Assembly (NCBI GenBank): GCA_965204745.1
Contig: OZ242010.1
Location: 640,001-704,000, forward strand
Reading direction: 5' to 3'
DNA length: 64,000 nucleotides
Origin: Candidatus Latescibacterota bacterium
GTDB lineage: Bacteria > Latescibacterota > UBA2968
A program made the translations under genes and the position numbers. The notes under the pieces are model-generated. The model saw only the letters and a program-made list of their open reading frames with translations, was not told the DNA's origin and ran no database searches. Shown piece by piece: positions 50,586-64,000 of this stretch (positions are counted from its first letter, which is position 1; each line of letters starts with the position of its first letter).

Positions 50586-52568
50586 ATGGCACTTACGCAA
50601 CCGACAAATGAACTCGCCTTGCCCAACCGCGACCGCGTAACAGTTCGCTGCGTATTGTTGGGGTTGTTGCTGGTAATCAGCGTGAATACCTGGCCGATTT
50701 ACGGGCTGTATGTCATCCACATCAATCAGATGGTGTTCAGCTACATGGCGATGGCCTTGATGATACCGTTCGTCTTGCTATCCCTGGGGCTGAACGTCTC
50801 GTTGCGAAAATTCTGGCCGCATATTGCGTTTTCACCCCTTGAAATGGCGGTGGTCTTCTCAATGGGGTTGGTGGGCGCGTTGTTTCCGCTGATGAATTTC
50901 ACAGGGCTAATCATGGGGCATTTGGCGACGCCCTATTATTTTGCATCCGCGCAAAACCGGTGGTCCGAGTTTTTGCACCCGCATTTGCCGCGCTGGTTGT
51001 TTCCCACAGATGAAAACGGAGCGATGCGCCTCTTTTTCGAGGGCCTGCCGCCCGGGCACGCCATACCCTGGGAAGTGTGGGTAGTGCCCCTTTTCTGGTG
51101 GTTCGCATTTGCAGGCGCGATTACGTGGACGTGTTTGTGCATTGCGGTCATCTTGCGGCGGCAGTGGTCCGAGCATGAAAAGCTCCCATTTCCCGCGGCG
51201 CAGGTGGCGTTGGAACTCGTGCAGAAAAAGGGCGAAAGCGCGTGGCCGCCGCTGGTGGGCCGCCCGGCATTTTGGATTGGCGCGGCCATCCCCCTCACGG
51301 TGATATGCTGGAACATCCTCTCGTATTTCATGCCCGATTTCCCGAAAATCCCAATCACACGCGCAGGCGACGGGGTCGCGTTTTTGCACGTCAGCCGGTA
51401 CATTCCAGATCGCTATTTTTACATCGGCATTCAGTTCTTCATCGCGGGATTTGCGTACTGGACTAGCTTGGACGTGTTGTTCTCAATATGGTTTTTTTAT
51501 CTTCTCATCGTGGGCGAAGTCTATACCTTTAACCGAATCGGCTATACGATTGGCACGCCTGGGCTGTGGTCGTCAACACACGCGGCCAATGCCTGGCAGG
51601 CATTTGGGGCCTTGGCATGTATGCTGTGCTGGGGATTGTGGATGGCACGCGAGCATCTCAAAGGCGTTTGGCATGCGATCAGAGGCCGAAAGACGTTGGA
51701 TGATTCCGAAGAATTGATGTCCTATCGCACGGCGGGTATCGGCGGGTTGGCCGGGTTGTTGTTCATAATCGGCTGGTTGCACGCAGCGGGCATGGCATTA
51801 TACGTGATCGCGCCCTTTTTGATCGGCATGGGCATATTGTACATAGGCATTGCCCGGGTCATTGCCGAAAGTGGCTTGGTCTATTTGCGAGGATCCATGA
51901 TGCCCCCCACCTTCGCGCTATACACCTTAGGCTCCGCGAACATCCCCGCGGCGAGCATGGCGAACTTCGCGTTCTCTTTCGCGTATTTCACAGATGCCAA
52001 AAGTCTGGCTATGGCGAGTATGGCGCATTGTTCGTGGATCACCGCCGCCATTAAAGGCCGCAAACGCATGGTGGCAATCGCGCTGGCACTGGCAGGAATA
52101 ACAGCGGCGATTTCGTCGGTGGTGTTCACGTTGTATTTGGGCTATGAGACGGGCGCGTACAATTTTAGGGCATTTGAGTTCCGCACGCACCCGCGCATTT
52201 TCGATTACTGGGTTCGGCAGATGCAAACCCATAACCCGCCCGACTGGAAGCGGATCGGATTCTTTGGCTTTGGCGCAGTGGGGATGGCACTGCTGATCTC
52301 GTTGCGCTACCGCGTATCGTGGTGGCCCCTGCACCCGGTCGGCTTTGCCATCATGGAAACCCAAGCCGTGCGCGGAACGATCTTCACGATCTTTCTCGTG
52401 TGGTTGTGCAAATTGCTGATCTTGCGAATCGGCGGCATCGCCTTGTACCGCAAAGGCCAACCCTTGTTTTTGGGGATACTGGTCGGATTTATTCTGGGCG
52501 TGGCAATCTCGGCAATCATAGACACCATCTGGTTTCCCGGCAGTGGGCATTCGGTTCACCATTGGTAA
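50586..52568 (+). CDS. Polytopic membrane protein, DUF6785/DUF6784-like putative transporter
   Basis: Many TM segments; RRQWSEHEKLPFP, ARVIAESG, WWPLHPVGF, LRIGG..LYR..QPLFLG. Confidence 0.75.
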   Translation: MALTQPTNELALPNRDRVTVRCVLLGLLLVISVNTWPIYGLYVIHINQMVFSYMAMALMIPFVLLSLGLNVSLRKFWPHIAFSPLEMAVVFSMGLVGALFPLMNFTGLIMGHLATPYYFASAQNRWSEFLHPHLPRWLFPTDENGAMRLFFEGLPPGHAIPWEVWVVPLFWWFAFAGAITWTCLCIAVILRRQWSEHEKLPFPAAQVALELVQKKGESAWPPLVGRPAFWIGAAIPLTVICWNILSYFMPDFPKIPITRAGDGVAFLHVSRYIPDRYFYIGIQFFIAGFAYWTSLDVLFSIWFFYLLIVGEVYTFNRIGYTIGTPGLWSSTHAANAWQAFGALACMLCWGLWMAREHLKGVWHAIRGRKTLDDSEELMSYRTAGIGGLAGLLFIIGWLHAAGMALYVIAPFLIGMGILYIGIARVIAESGLVYLRGSMMPPTFALYTLGSANIPAASMANFAFSFAYFTDAKSLAMASMAHCSWITAAIKGRKRMVAIALALAGITAAISSVVFTLYLGYETGAYNFRAFEFRTHPRIFDYWVRQMQTHNPPDWKRIGFFGFGAVGMALLISLRYRVSWWPLHPVGFAIMETQAVRGTIFTIFLVWLCKLLILRIGGIALYRKGQPLFLGILVGFILGVAISAIIDTIWFPGSGHSVHHW

Positions 52569-52593
52569 ATCCCCGATCACTGAGTAGTCAGTA

Positions 52594-53373
52594 GGTTCTG
52601 TTGGTAGAGCGATGAGCGTGGCCGCAAAAGCGAGAAAGCCTCGATAACTCGTGCTGAGTTTCTCAAAGCGAGCAAATATCCTGCGATACTGCTTCATTTT
52701 TCCAATCAACCGCTCAATCAAATTGCGTTGCTTATACCGATGGCGAGCGGGGTCTTGCGATAAGACCGGGGCTACATCACGGCAACCTGTCATGGTGAGA
52801 GAGGTCAGAAACGCTTGTGAAAAATAGCCCTTATCCGCGATGACAGATCGGCTCTCATACCCAGCGATTAACGCTTCGGCTTGCGTGATATCGTGGGTTT
52901 GTCCCGGTGTGAGTCGAAACCGGAGCGGGAGGCCACGCGCATCTGTGCAGAGATGGATTTTGGTGCCCAACCCGCCTCGGCTCCTGCCGAGGGCTTGCGC
53001 GGCTTGCCCCCCTTTTTTGAGGCACCCGCTGCACAGGCAAAAGCACGCACGACCATGCTGTCAATGATCAGACATGCCAAGTCTGGATCAGACGTAAAAT
53101 GCTGGTGCATGCGTTCCCACACGCCATCCCGAGCAAAGCGTTTATAACTGTGTTCCACTTCCCGTACTGTGCGGGCAACTGACGCCACTGACCACCCGAG
53201 CGCATCACCCACAGAACCGCTTCAATGAAGCGGTTGCAACCGGCTTCCTCGCCGACATAGACGCGAGGGCATTCGCGGATGAATGCGAGAATTTTAGGCC
53301 ACTGGTTCGCAGAAAGAATAAGGTTTGACATACACACAGAGTAACTCAAAATATCCCAAATGTCAACAGAACC
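52594..53373 (-). mobile_element. IS5-family insertion sequence (IS427-like), degraded transposase
   Basis: Ends GGTTCTGTTG / CAACAGAACC flanked by TA. Pieces: QWRQLPAQYGKWNTV; IIDSMVVRA...KKGG; TKIHLCTD..GLPL..LTPGQ.HD..ADKGY..RNLIER..KQYRR..RFEK. AAAAAAG slippery site at 53012-53018 and an extra frameshift near 53145. Confidence 0.9.
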
Positions 53374-53414
53374 TAGTCAGTCCCCGCGCTCCCCAATGCG
53401 TTTTGAGGTGTGCT

Positions 53415-53678
53415 ATGAAATCCATCAACAAACACAATCCCGACAAACAATCGGGTATCGGTAGTGCCTATCGCAATGTCGGCGCGTACCTCGCCCTGGG
53501 CATTCAATTCGTCGTCACCATTTTGCTGTGCGTATTCGCAGGACATTGGGCGGATGGCAAATTCGACTCATCGCCCCTCTTGACCTTAATCGGCGGCCTG
53601 TTGGGCATTGCGGCCGGATTTTATCATTTTATCCGCACGGTCCTAAAAATGGACCGCAAATCAGAGGAGGATGCGTGA
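53415..53678 (+). CDS. AtpZ/AtpI (AtpQ-like) ATP synthase accessory protein
   Basis: G..ADGKFDSSP...GGLLG; first gene of the atp operon. Confidence 0.85.
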   Translation: MKSINKHNPDKQSGIGSAYRNVGAYLALGIQFVVTILLCVFAGHWADGKFDSSPLLTLIGGLLGIAAGFYHFIRTVLKMDRKSEEDA

Positions 53679-54055
53679 GCGCGTTTGTCAAACAGATCGC
53701 CATCGTTTTGCTCGCATCGTGGGGCCTGGGCGGGTACCCGCTATACCTGTGGGGCGGGCTGGATATCCTAATCGCCGCGGGCGTGGGATGTGCGATCTGC
53801 GCCCTGAATGTAACCGCCGGCGCGTGCCTCGCGCTGTGGGGTCTGCGCCGAGACAACCACACATTTACAATGGTCGTGTTCGGGGGCACGGGGGTTCGCC
53901 TCATTATTGTACTGCTTTTCTTTTTTCTCGGTCTAAAATTAGCAAAACTTCACGTTTTTGGCTTGACTCTTTCCCTGTTTTTCTTTTTTATAGTGTTTCA
54001 AATTTTAGAGATTCGATTCTTTATCGGGCACTCGTCCGACAAAGCCAATGCGTAG
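53675..54055 (+). CDS. ATP synthase protein I-like membrane protein
   Basis: GTG overlapping the upstream stop; four TM segments; GVRL; located before atpB. Confidence 0.75.
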   Translation: MSAFVKQIAIVLLASWGLGGYPLYLWGGLDILIAAGVGCAICALNVTAGACLALWGLRRDNHTFTMVVFGGTGVRLIIVLLFFFLGLKLAKLHVFGLTLSLFFFFIVFQILEIRFFIGHSSDKANA

Positions 54056-54066
54056 GAGTCTGACGG

Positions 54067-55133
<1,067 letters not shown>

Positions 55134-55161
55134 ACCGCGTAGAGAAAGAGAGACCTAAGGC

Positions 55162-55656
55162 ATGGATTTGCTGAGTCCAAACCCCGGCTTGATCGTCTGG
55201 ACGCTCATCACCTTTGGGCTCGTGTTGCTCGTTTTGAAAAAATGGGCATGGGGGCCGTTGTTGTCCGCCCTGGATCAGCGAGAAACGCGCATCCGCGAAG
55301 CCCTCGAACAGGCCGATAAAGCGCGCGCCGAAGCCCAACGCGCCGCCGAAGAGAACGAGGCGACCCTCGCACGGGCGCAAGCCGAGGCCCAAGCCGTGAT
55401 CGACAAGGCACGCGAAGACGCCGAGGGAATCGCCCGAGAAGTGCGCGAACGCGCCGAGGCCGATGCCCAACAACTCATCGAGCAGGCGCGGCGCACCATC
55501 GAGCAGGCGCGCAATCAGGCCCTTCAGGAACTGCGTCAGCAAACCGCTGAACTGGCGATTCTCGCGGCCGGGCAATTGCTGGAGGCAAATTTGGACGACG
55601 AGCGCAACCGCAAAATCGCAAACGATTTCATCGACCGCATGCCCTTGCAGAATTGA
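55162..55656 (+). CDS. atpF: ATP synthase subunit b
   Basis: N-terminal TM helix, WGPL...LDQRE..I, long coiled coil. Confidence 0.95.
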   Translation: MDLLSPNPGLIVWTLITFGLVLLVLKKWAWGPLLSALDQRETRIREALEQADKARAEAQRAAEENEATLARAQAEAQAVIDKAREDAEGIAREVRERAEADAQQLIEQARRTIEQARNQALQELRQQTAELAILAAGQLLEANLDDERNRKIANDFIDRMPLQN

Positions 55657-55681
55657 ACATCCCCGAGTTCCGGAGTTTGTC

Positions 55682-56222
55682 GTGAGTCAATCCGCCGTTT
55701 CCATCCGATATACCAGCGCGTTGATCGATGCCGCGCAAGATCGCGGCGTGCTCGACCGAGTCGAAGCCGATGTGCAGGCATTGTTGGATTTGTTGCACGC
55801 ATCTGAAGACCTGCGGGCATTCGTCGCAGACCCCATGATGCAAGCCGAACAAAAACGCGCGGTTTTGAACGAGTTGCTCGCCGGGAAAATTGGGGATATC
55901 ACCCTCCGTTTTTTGCTGTTGCTTTGCGACAAACGCCGCGAACGGATGTTGCCCGAGTTGCTCGCAGACTTCCTGTCCGCTCTGGAAGATCGGCGCGGCC
56001 AAGCCACCGCCCAACTCGCGGTTGCCGCGCCCTTGTCTTCCGAGCAGGAAGCGCGATTGATCGCAAAGCTGTCGGCCTATTCCGGCAAGCAGGTGAAATT
56101 GGAAACCACCGTAGATGAACGTCTTGAAAGCCGGGTTTGTCGTGCGGCTCGGCGACCGCGTATTTGATGGCACGCTGGCGACGCAACTCAACCGGTTGCG
56201 ACAGCGTCTGGCGTCTGGATAA
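55682..56222 (+). CDS. atpH: ATP synthase subunit delta, with an apparent 1-nt frameshift near 56120
   Basis: RYTSAL...LLLLCDKRR...VDER in one frame, continuing [22 protein letters not shown] in the +1 frame. Confidence 0.9.
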
Positions 56223-56239
56223 GAGAAGGTAGGCAGAAC

Positions 56240-57757
<1,518 letters not shown>

Positions 57758-57799
57758 AACCCACCCCATTCAACCTACCCCCGGGGCCGGGCGGCGGGG

Positions 57800-57835
57800 A
57801 CTGACAACTGACAACTGACAACTGAAGGAACTGAC
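57800..57835. repeat. ACTGACA heptamer array (also at about 24915-24940, 26433-26459, 12678-12690, and reversed around the IS5 site)
   Basis: GGCGGGG-ACTGACA-ACTGACA-ACTGACA-ACTGA in the atpA-atpG spacer. Confidence 0.85.
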
Positions 57836-60068
<2,233 letters not shown>

Positions 60069-60105
60069 GGATCGCATTCTAACCGCTGAAAGCCGACTAC
60101 TTAAA

Positions 60106-60510
60106 ATGACGACATTTCACTTGGACATCGTAACGCCCGAAAAAACCGTGTACTCCGGCGAGATCGTGCATTTTCAAGCACCGGGCGTTGACGGCAGTTT
60201 TGGGGTGCTGGCGCGTCACCAACCCCTGCTATCCGCATTGGGCATTGGCCGGGTTGGCTTCCGAGAAGCCGATGGCACCGAGCGCGTGCTCGCATTGGGC
60301 GGTGGATTTGCCGATGTGTCAACCGATGGCGCGACCATCTTGGCCGAAGCCGCCGAGTTTGGCGATGCGATAGACGTAGAACGCGCCCGCGCCGCCCGAG
60401 ATCGCGCCCAAAACCACCTGAACAACCGCACGCCAGAGGTCGATGCGGACCGCGCACGCGCCGCGCTGACACGCGCATTGTGGCGGCTACGGGTCTCAGG
60501 GGCCGAATGA
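60106..60510 (+). CDS. atpC: ATP synthase subunit epsilon
   Basis: IVTPEK, GSFGVLARH, GGFA, IDVERA. Confidence 0.96.
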   Translation: MTTFHLDIVTPEKTVYSGEIVHFQAPGVDGSFGVLARHQPLLSALGIGRVGFREADGTERVLALGGGFADVSTDGATILAEAAEFGDAIDVERARAARDRAQNHLNNRTPEVDADRARAALTRALWRLRVSGAE

Positions 60511-60583
60511 GATAACACGGACAATGGAACTATCGAGACAGAATTGCGGTTGATCCACAAATTCATTTTCAACTTCAGAGACC

Positions 60584-60618
60584 AAAAAAAACGCGACCAC
60601 AAAGGCCGCGTTTTTTTT
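60584..60618. terminator. Bidirectional intrinsic terminator
   Basis: A8-CGCG(A)CC-loop-GG(C)CGCG-T8 between convergent genes. Confidence 0.8.
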
Positions 60619-60636
60619 AGTTCGCGTGTCGCGTCC

Positions 60637-63600
60637 CTAAAAGTTCAAATGACCTTGTAGCATCACCCCGTGAGTTGCCTCATCGCTGGCCGCATGGCGC
60701 ATCCCCTCCAGACTCACATTCCCCAACCCACCGATCTCCATCCGACCGCCAAAGCGATAGCCCCGCGTGCCATCCTGTGAAAATCTGAAGCCACTATAAG
60801 GCGTGAGCAACCCAGCGAAAATCGGCACCGTGTATCCGACCTCCGTATCCATCTGCATCGTCGGCGCGAAGCCGGTCACTCCCGTACCCACCACGCCTTG
60901 CTCCCACAACTGCGCGATGCCACTGCCCATCTCGCCATAAGACGGTTGCAATCGGAACGACAGCCCGCGACCATTGTCTTTTGGCGCAAACTGCACGGAA
61001 AGACCCGCGCTCCACTCCTTCGTATCCCCCGCATGGACGAGCAAAATTCGGCTCGTCGCCTCCACCGTCAACCGCACAGCCACATATTGCAACCCACCGC
61101 CGAGTTCAACGCCTGCGCCGGTCTGTCCATCGCCGCCATCCATCCGCATGCCGAGTTCCATCGACGGCGTCAGCGACGCGCCCGAGGCAAACCCAAAAGT
61201 ATGCGCCCCCTCGCCCGCCAAGCGCAAGCGTTGGGTCGTTGCGGCCACGCCTTCGATCCCATCGCCATTGTCATCAACCGCCAGCCGCGTCACCCACGCC
61301 TCGCCCTTCAAATCGAACGTCGAGGGCAGGCCAAACAGACGCACGCGCCCACCCGCCGCTGCGGTCCTCAGATTGCTGTCGCTCGCCTGTGACCCGGCGG
61401 TTTCGTCATCTATCGCAATCTCGCCCTGGCCATAGCCAACCGTTGCCCACAGGTTTGCCCCCTTCTGCGAAGACCAGCCCAAATAGGGATGGGCACTCAC
61501 CATGCGGCTCTCGTGCGTTCCAGCTATGGCCTCGCCATACCCCCGATCCGTGTACCCAACCGATCCGTCAAACCATGACCCTGCAAGCCCGGCGATCAAG
61601 CCATTGCCAAAACGCATGTCTGCGCCTAAATGCACGCCGAAAAGATCGCCATCCCATGAAATAGGCGCGTCACTGCTGAGGCTCAGGCTTCGAAAATCGC
61701 TCGCGCCCCACAGCGCGACACCTCCGCCTTGCCCGGCATTGGGCGTGCTCGCGTGGTTATGGGAAAGCGGGATGGCAAAGGACGAACCCCCGAGCATCTC
61801 CTGCAAGGACCATAGACCTTCTTGGATCGCGTACTCACTCGCCATCACCTTGTTGGCAAGTGACATGAGGGTCGCTTCGGCGTTCACGTTTCCCGGCGAA
61901 AAGCCTTCCTGATCGAGGCGCCCGGTCAGCGCGTCGAGGCTACTCGTCCGCATTGCGCGTGCGAGTTCGGGCAAAATCGCCTCGTTGATCGCCTTGAGCC
62001 GCACCCGATCTGACACCTCAATCGCAATGGTAAAGTTCAGTTCCGCCATATCGCCATCCGCATCTGTCACCGCCCACTTGTAAGCGACCTCGGTCATCGG
62101 CGTGGTCGGCACACCGGAAAGCACCCGCGTCGCCGGATCAAACGTCAACCCAGCCGGCGGGGAGGGCGTCAACGAGTAGGTCAGAATACCATCGCCCCCG
62201 GTCGCCTCGGGCAATGTGAGCGGCACAATCTCCCGACCTGCGCGGTAATGCTGAGGGGCTATTGTCTCTGTGAACACCGGCACCAAATCCGCCGCCACCT
62301 CAACCGTAAAGACCAAAACCGCCGTATCCCCATCCGCATCTGTCACAGTCCAAACACACTCCGTCTCATCTATCGCCTCAATCGGTGTGCCGGAAAGCAG
62401 GCGCGTCACAGGATCAAACGTCAAGCCGGGCGAAGGAGCAGGCCTCAACGTGTACGTTAGCGGGGCATCCCCACCAGACGCCAAGGGCAACCTGACAGGC
62501 TCAATCGCTTGGTTCTCAACGAACCGCTGTGCCGCCACCGTATCCGTGAACACAGGCACCAAATCCGCCTCAACCTCAACCGTGAAGACCAAAACCGCCG
62601 TATCGCCATCCGCATCTGTCGCAGTCCAAACACACTCCGTCTCATCTATCGCCTCCGTCGGTGTGCCGGAAAGCAGGCGCGTCACAGGATCAAACGTCAA
62701 GCCGGGCGAAGGATCAGGCGTCAGTGCATAGGTCAACACACCATCCCCACCCACGGCCTTGGGCAACCTGACGGGAGATATCGCTTGGTTCTCAACGAAC
62801 TGCTGTGCCGTCACCGTATCCGTGAACACGGGCACCAAATCTGCTTCAACCTCAACCGTGAAGACCAAAACCGCCGTATCCCCATCCGCATCTGTCACAG
62901 TCCAGATACATTCCGTCTCATCTATCGCCTCAATCGGCGTGCCGGAAAGCAAGCGCGTCACAGGATCAAACGTCAAGCCGGGCGAAGGATCAGGCGTCAG
63001 CGTGTACGTTAGTGGGGCATCCCCACCAGACGCCAAGGGCAACCTGACAGGCTTAATCGCTTGGTTCTCAACGAACCGCTGTGCCGCCACCGTATCCGTG
63101 AACACCGGCACCAAATCTGCCGCTACCTCAACCGTGAAGACCAAAACCGCCGTATCCCCATCCGCATCTGTCGCAGTCCAAACACACTCCGTCTCATCTA
63201 TCGCCTCCGTCGGTGTGCCGGAAAGCAGGCGCGTCGCCGGGTCAAACGTCAAGCCGGGCGAAGGATCAGGCGTCAATGTGTACGTTAGCGGGACATCCCC
63301 ACCAGACGCCAAGGGCAACCTGACAGGCTTAATCGCTTGGTTCTCAACGAACCGCTGTGCCGCCACCGTATCCGTGAACACCGGCACCAAATCTGCCTCA
63401 ACCTCAACCGTGAAGACCAAAACCGCTGTATCCCCATCCGCATCTGTCACAGTCCAAACACACTCCGTCTCATCTATCGCCTTAATCGGTGTGCCAGAAA
63501 GCAGGCGCGTCGTAGGATCAAACGTCAAGCCGGGCGAAGGATCAGGCGTCAGTGCATAGGTCAACACACCATCCCCACCCACAGCCTTGGGCAACCTGAC

Positions 63601-64000
63601 CGGAGATATCGCTTGGTTCTCAACGAACTGCTGTGCCGCCACCGTATCCGTGAACACCGGCACCAAATCTGCCTCAACCTCAACCGTGAAGACCAAAACC
63701 GCCGTATCGCCATCCGCATCTGTCACAGTCCAAACACACTCCGTCTCATCTATCGCCTCAATCGGTGTGCCGGAAAGCAGGCGCGTCACAGGATCAAACG
63801 TCAAGCCGGGCGAAGGAGCAGGCCTCAACGTGTACGTTAGCGGGGCATCCCCACCAGACGCCAAGGGCAACCTGACAGGCTTAATCGCTTGGTTCTCAAC
63901 GAACCGCTGTGCCGCTACCGTCTCTGTGAACACCGGCACCAAATCCGGCTTCACCACCTCAACCGTGAACATCAGTTTCGCCATGTCGCCATCCGCGTCC
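60637..64000 (-). CDS. Large surface protein: tandem putative Ig (He_PIG-like) repeats plus autotransporter-like C-terminal beta-barrel; 5' end outside the window
   Basis: GLTFDP.TR.LSGTP...TDADGD repeats; C-terminal amphipathic strands ending in F; the frame is open to the window edge (DADGDMAKL). Confidence 0.85.
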   Translation of the reverse strand, partial: DADGDMAKLMFTVEVVKPDLVPVFTETVAAQRFVENQAIKPVRLPLASGGDAPLTYTLRPAPSPGLTFDPVTRLLSGTPIEAIDETECVWTVTDADGDTAVLVFTVEVEADLVPVFTDTVAAQQFVENQAISPVRLPKAVGGDGVLTYALTPDPSPGLTFDPTTRLLSGTPIKAIDETECVWTVTDADGDTAVLVFTVEVEADLVPVFTDTVAAQRFVENQAIKPVRLPLASGGDVPLTYTLTPDPSPGLTFDPATRLLSGTPTEAIDETECVWTATDADGDTAVLVFTVEVAADLVPVFTDTVAAQRFVENQAIKPVRLPLASGGDAPLTYTLTPDPSPGLTFDPVTRLLSGTPIEAIDETECIWTVTDADGDTAVLVFTVEVEADLVPVFTDTVTAQQFVENQAISPVRLPKAVGGDGVLTYALTPDPSPGLTFDPVTRLLSGTPTEAIDETECVWTATDADGDTAVLVFTVEVEADLVPVFTDTVAAQRFVENQAIEPVRLPLASGGDAPLTYTLRPAPSPGLTFDPVTRLLSGTPIEAIDETECVWTVTDADGDTAVLVFTVEVAADLVPVFTETIAPQHYRAGREIVPLTLPEATGGDGILTYSLTPSPPAGLTFDPATRVLSGVPTTPMTEVAYKWAVTDADGDMAELNFTIAIEVSDRVRLKAINEAILPELARAMRTSSLDALTGRLDQEGFSPGNVNAEATLMSLANKVMASEYAIQEGLWSLQEMLGGSSFAIPLSHNHASTPNAGQGGGVALWGASDFRSLSLSSDAPISWDGDLFGVHLGADMRFGNGLIAGLAGSWFDGSVGYTDRGYGEAIAGTHESRMVSAHPYLGWSSQKGANLWATVGYGQGEIAIDDETAGSQASDSNLRTAAAGGRVRLFGLPSTFDLKGEAWVTRLAVDDNGDGIEGVAATTQRLRLAGEGAHTFGFASGASLTPSMELGMRMDGGDGQTGAGVELGGGLQYVAVRLTVEATSRILLVHAGDTKEWSAGLSVQFAPKDNGRGLSFRLQPSYGEMGSGIAQLWEQGVVGTGVTGFAPTMQMDTEVGYTVPIFAGLLTPYSGFRFSQDGTRGYRFGGRMEIGGLGNVSLEGMRHAASDEATHGVMLQGHLNF
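62014..63945 (-). repeat. Seven 276-bp (92-aa) intragenic tandem repeats
   Basis: DLVPVF starts at 63945, 63669, 63393, 63117, 62841, 62565 and 62289; the last unit is divergent. Confidence 0.95.

Noticed and set aside
50222-50611. 129-aa ORF, and the similar 1693..1893 and 40104..40334 ORFs
   Set aside because: Composed of MITE/REP sequence with a short transposase remnant; not a credible gene.
51927-52593. Long C-terminal extension of the 347-aa transposase ORF
   Set aside because: Read-through past the damaged IS end, antisense to the 50586..52568 gene.

Overview
Bacterial chromosomal window, moderately GC-rich. Divergent 16S signatures, a dockerin/EF-hand-like exported protein, a DUF6785-type membrane protein and expanded AAA-nuclease paralogues suggest a Latescibacterota-like lineage, possibly a marine or sponge symbiont; this is inference, not a database result. 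The core content is a complete rRNA operon on the minus strand (16S, tRNA-Ile, tRNA-Ala, 23S, 5S), a complete F-type ATP synthase operon with a frameshifted atpH, an EF-G paralogue with prpB-prpC, xerD, glgC, msrA, mdh, udk, several transporters and oxidoreductases, and the 3' part of a large Ig-repeat autotransporter-like gene. The accessory content has four parts. (1) A self-contained promoter-to-terminator unit (about 3812-5098) with one short ORF followed by two longer membrane-anchored copies, each containing the short ORF in frame behind its own strong Shine-Dalgarno. This resembles the Rpn long/short gene-in-gene toxin-antitoxin design but has a membrane N-terminus, and is the best candidate for an undescribed system. 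(2) A tandem pair of AAA + PD-(D/E)XK genes with patchy divergence. (3) An AT-richer island with a PARIS-like ABC ATPase + DUF4435/TOPRIM pair, whose left edge is fused in frame to a TPR gene as an OB-fold domain. (4) A dense, nested set of intergenic repeats: a degraded IS5 element, MITEs derived from it, several REP-like hairpin families, a roaming ~35-nt module and heptamer arrays. All calls were made by eye from the sequence and the ORF track; no searches were run.
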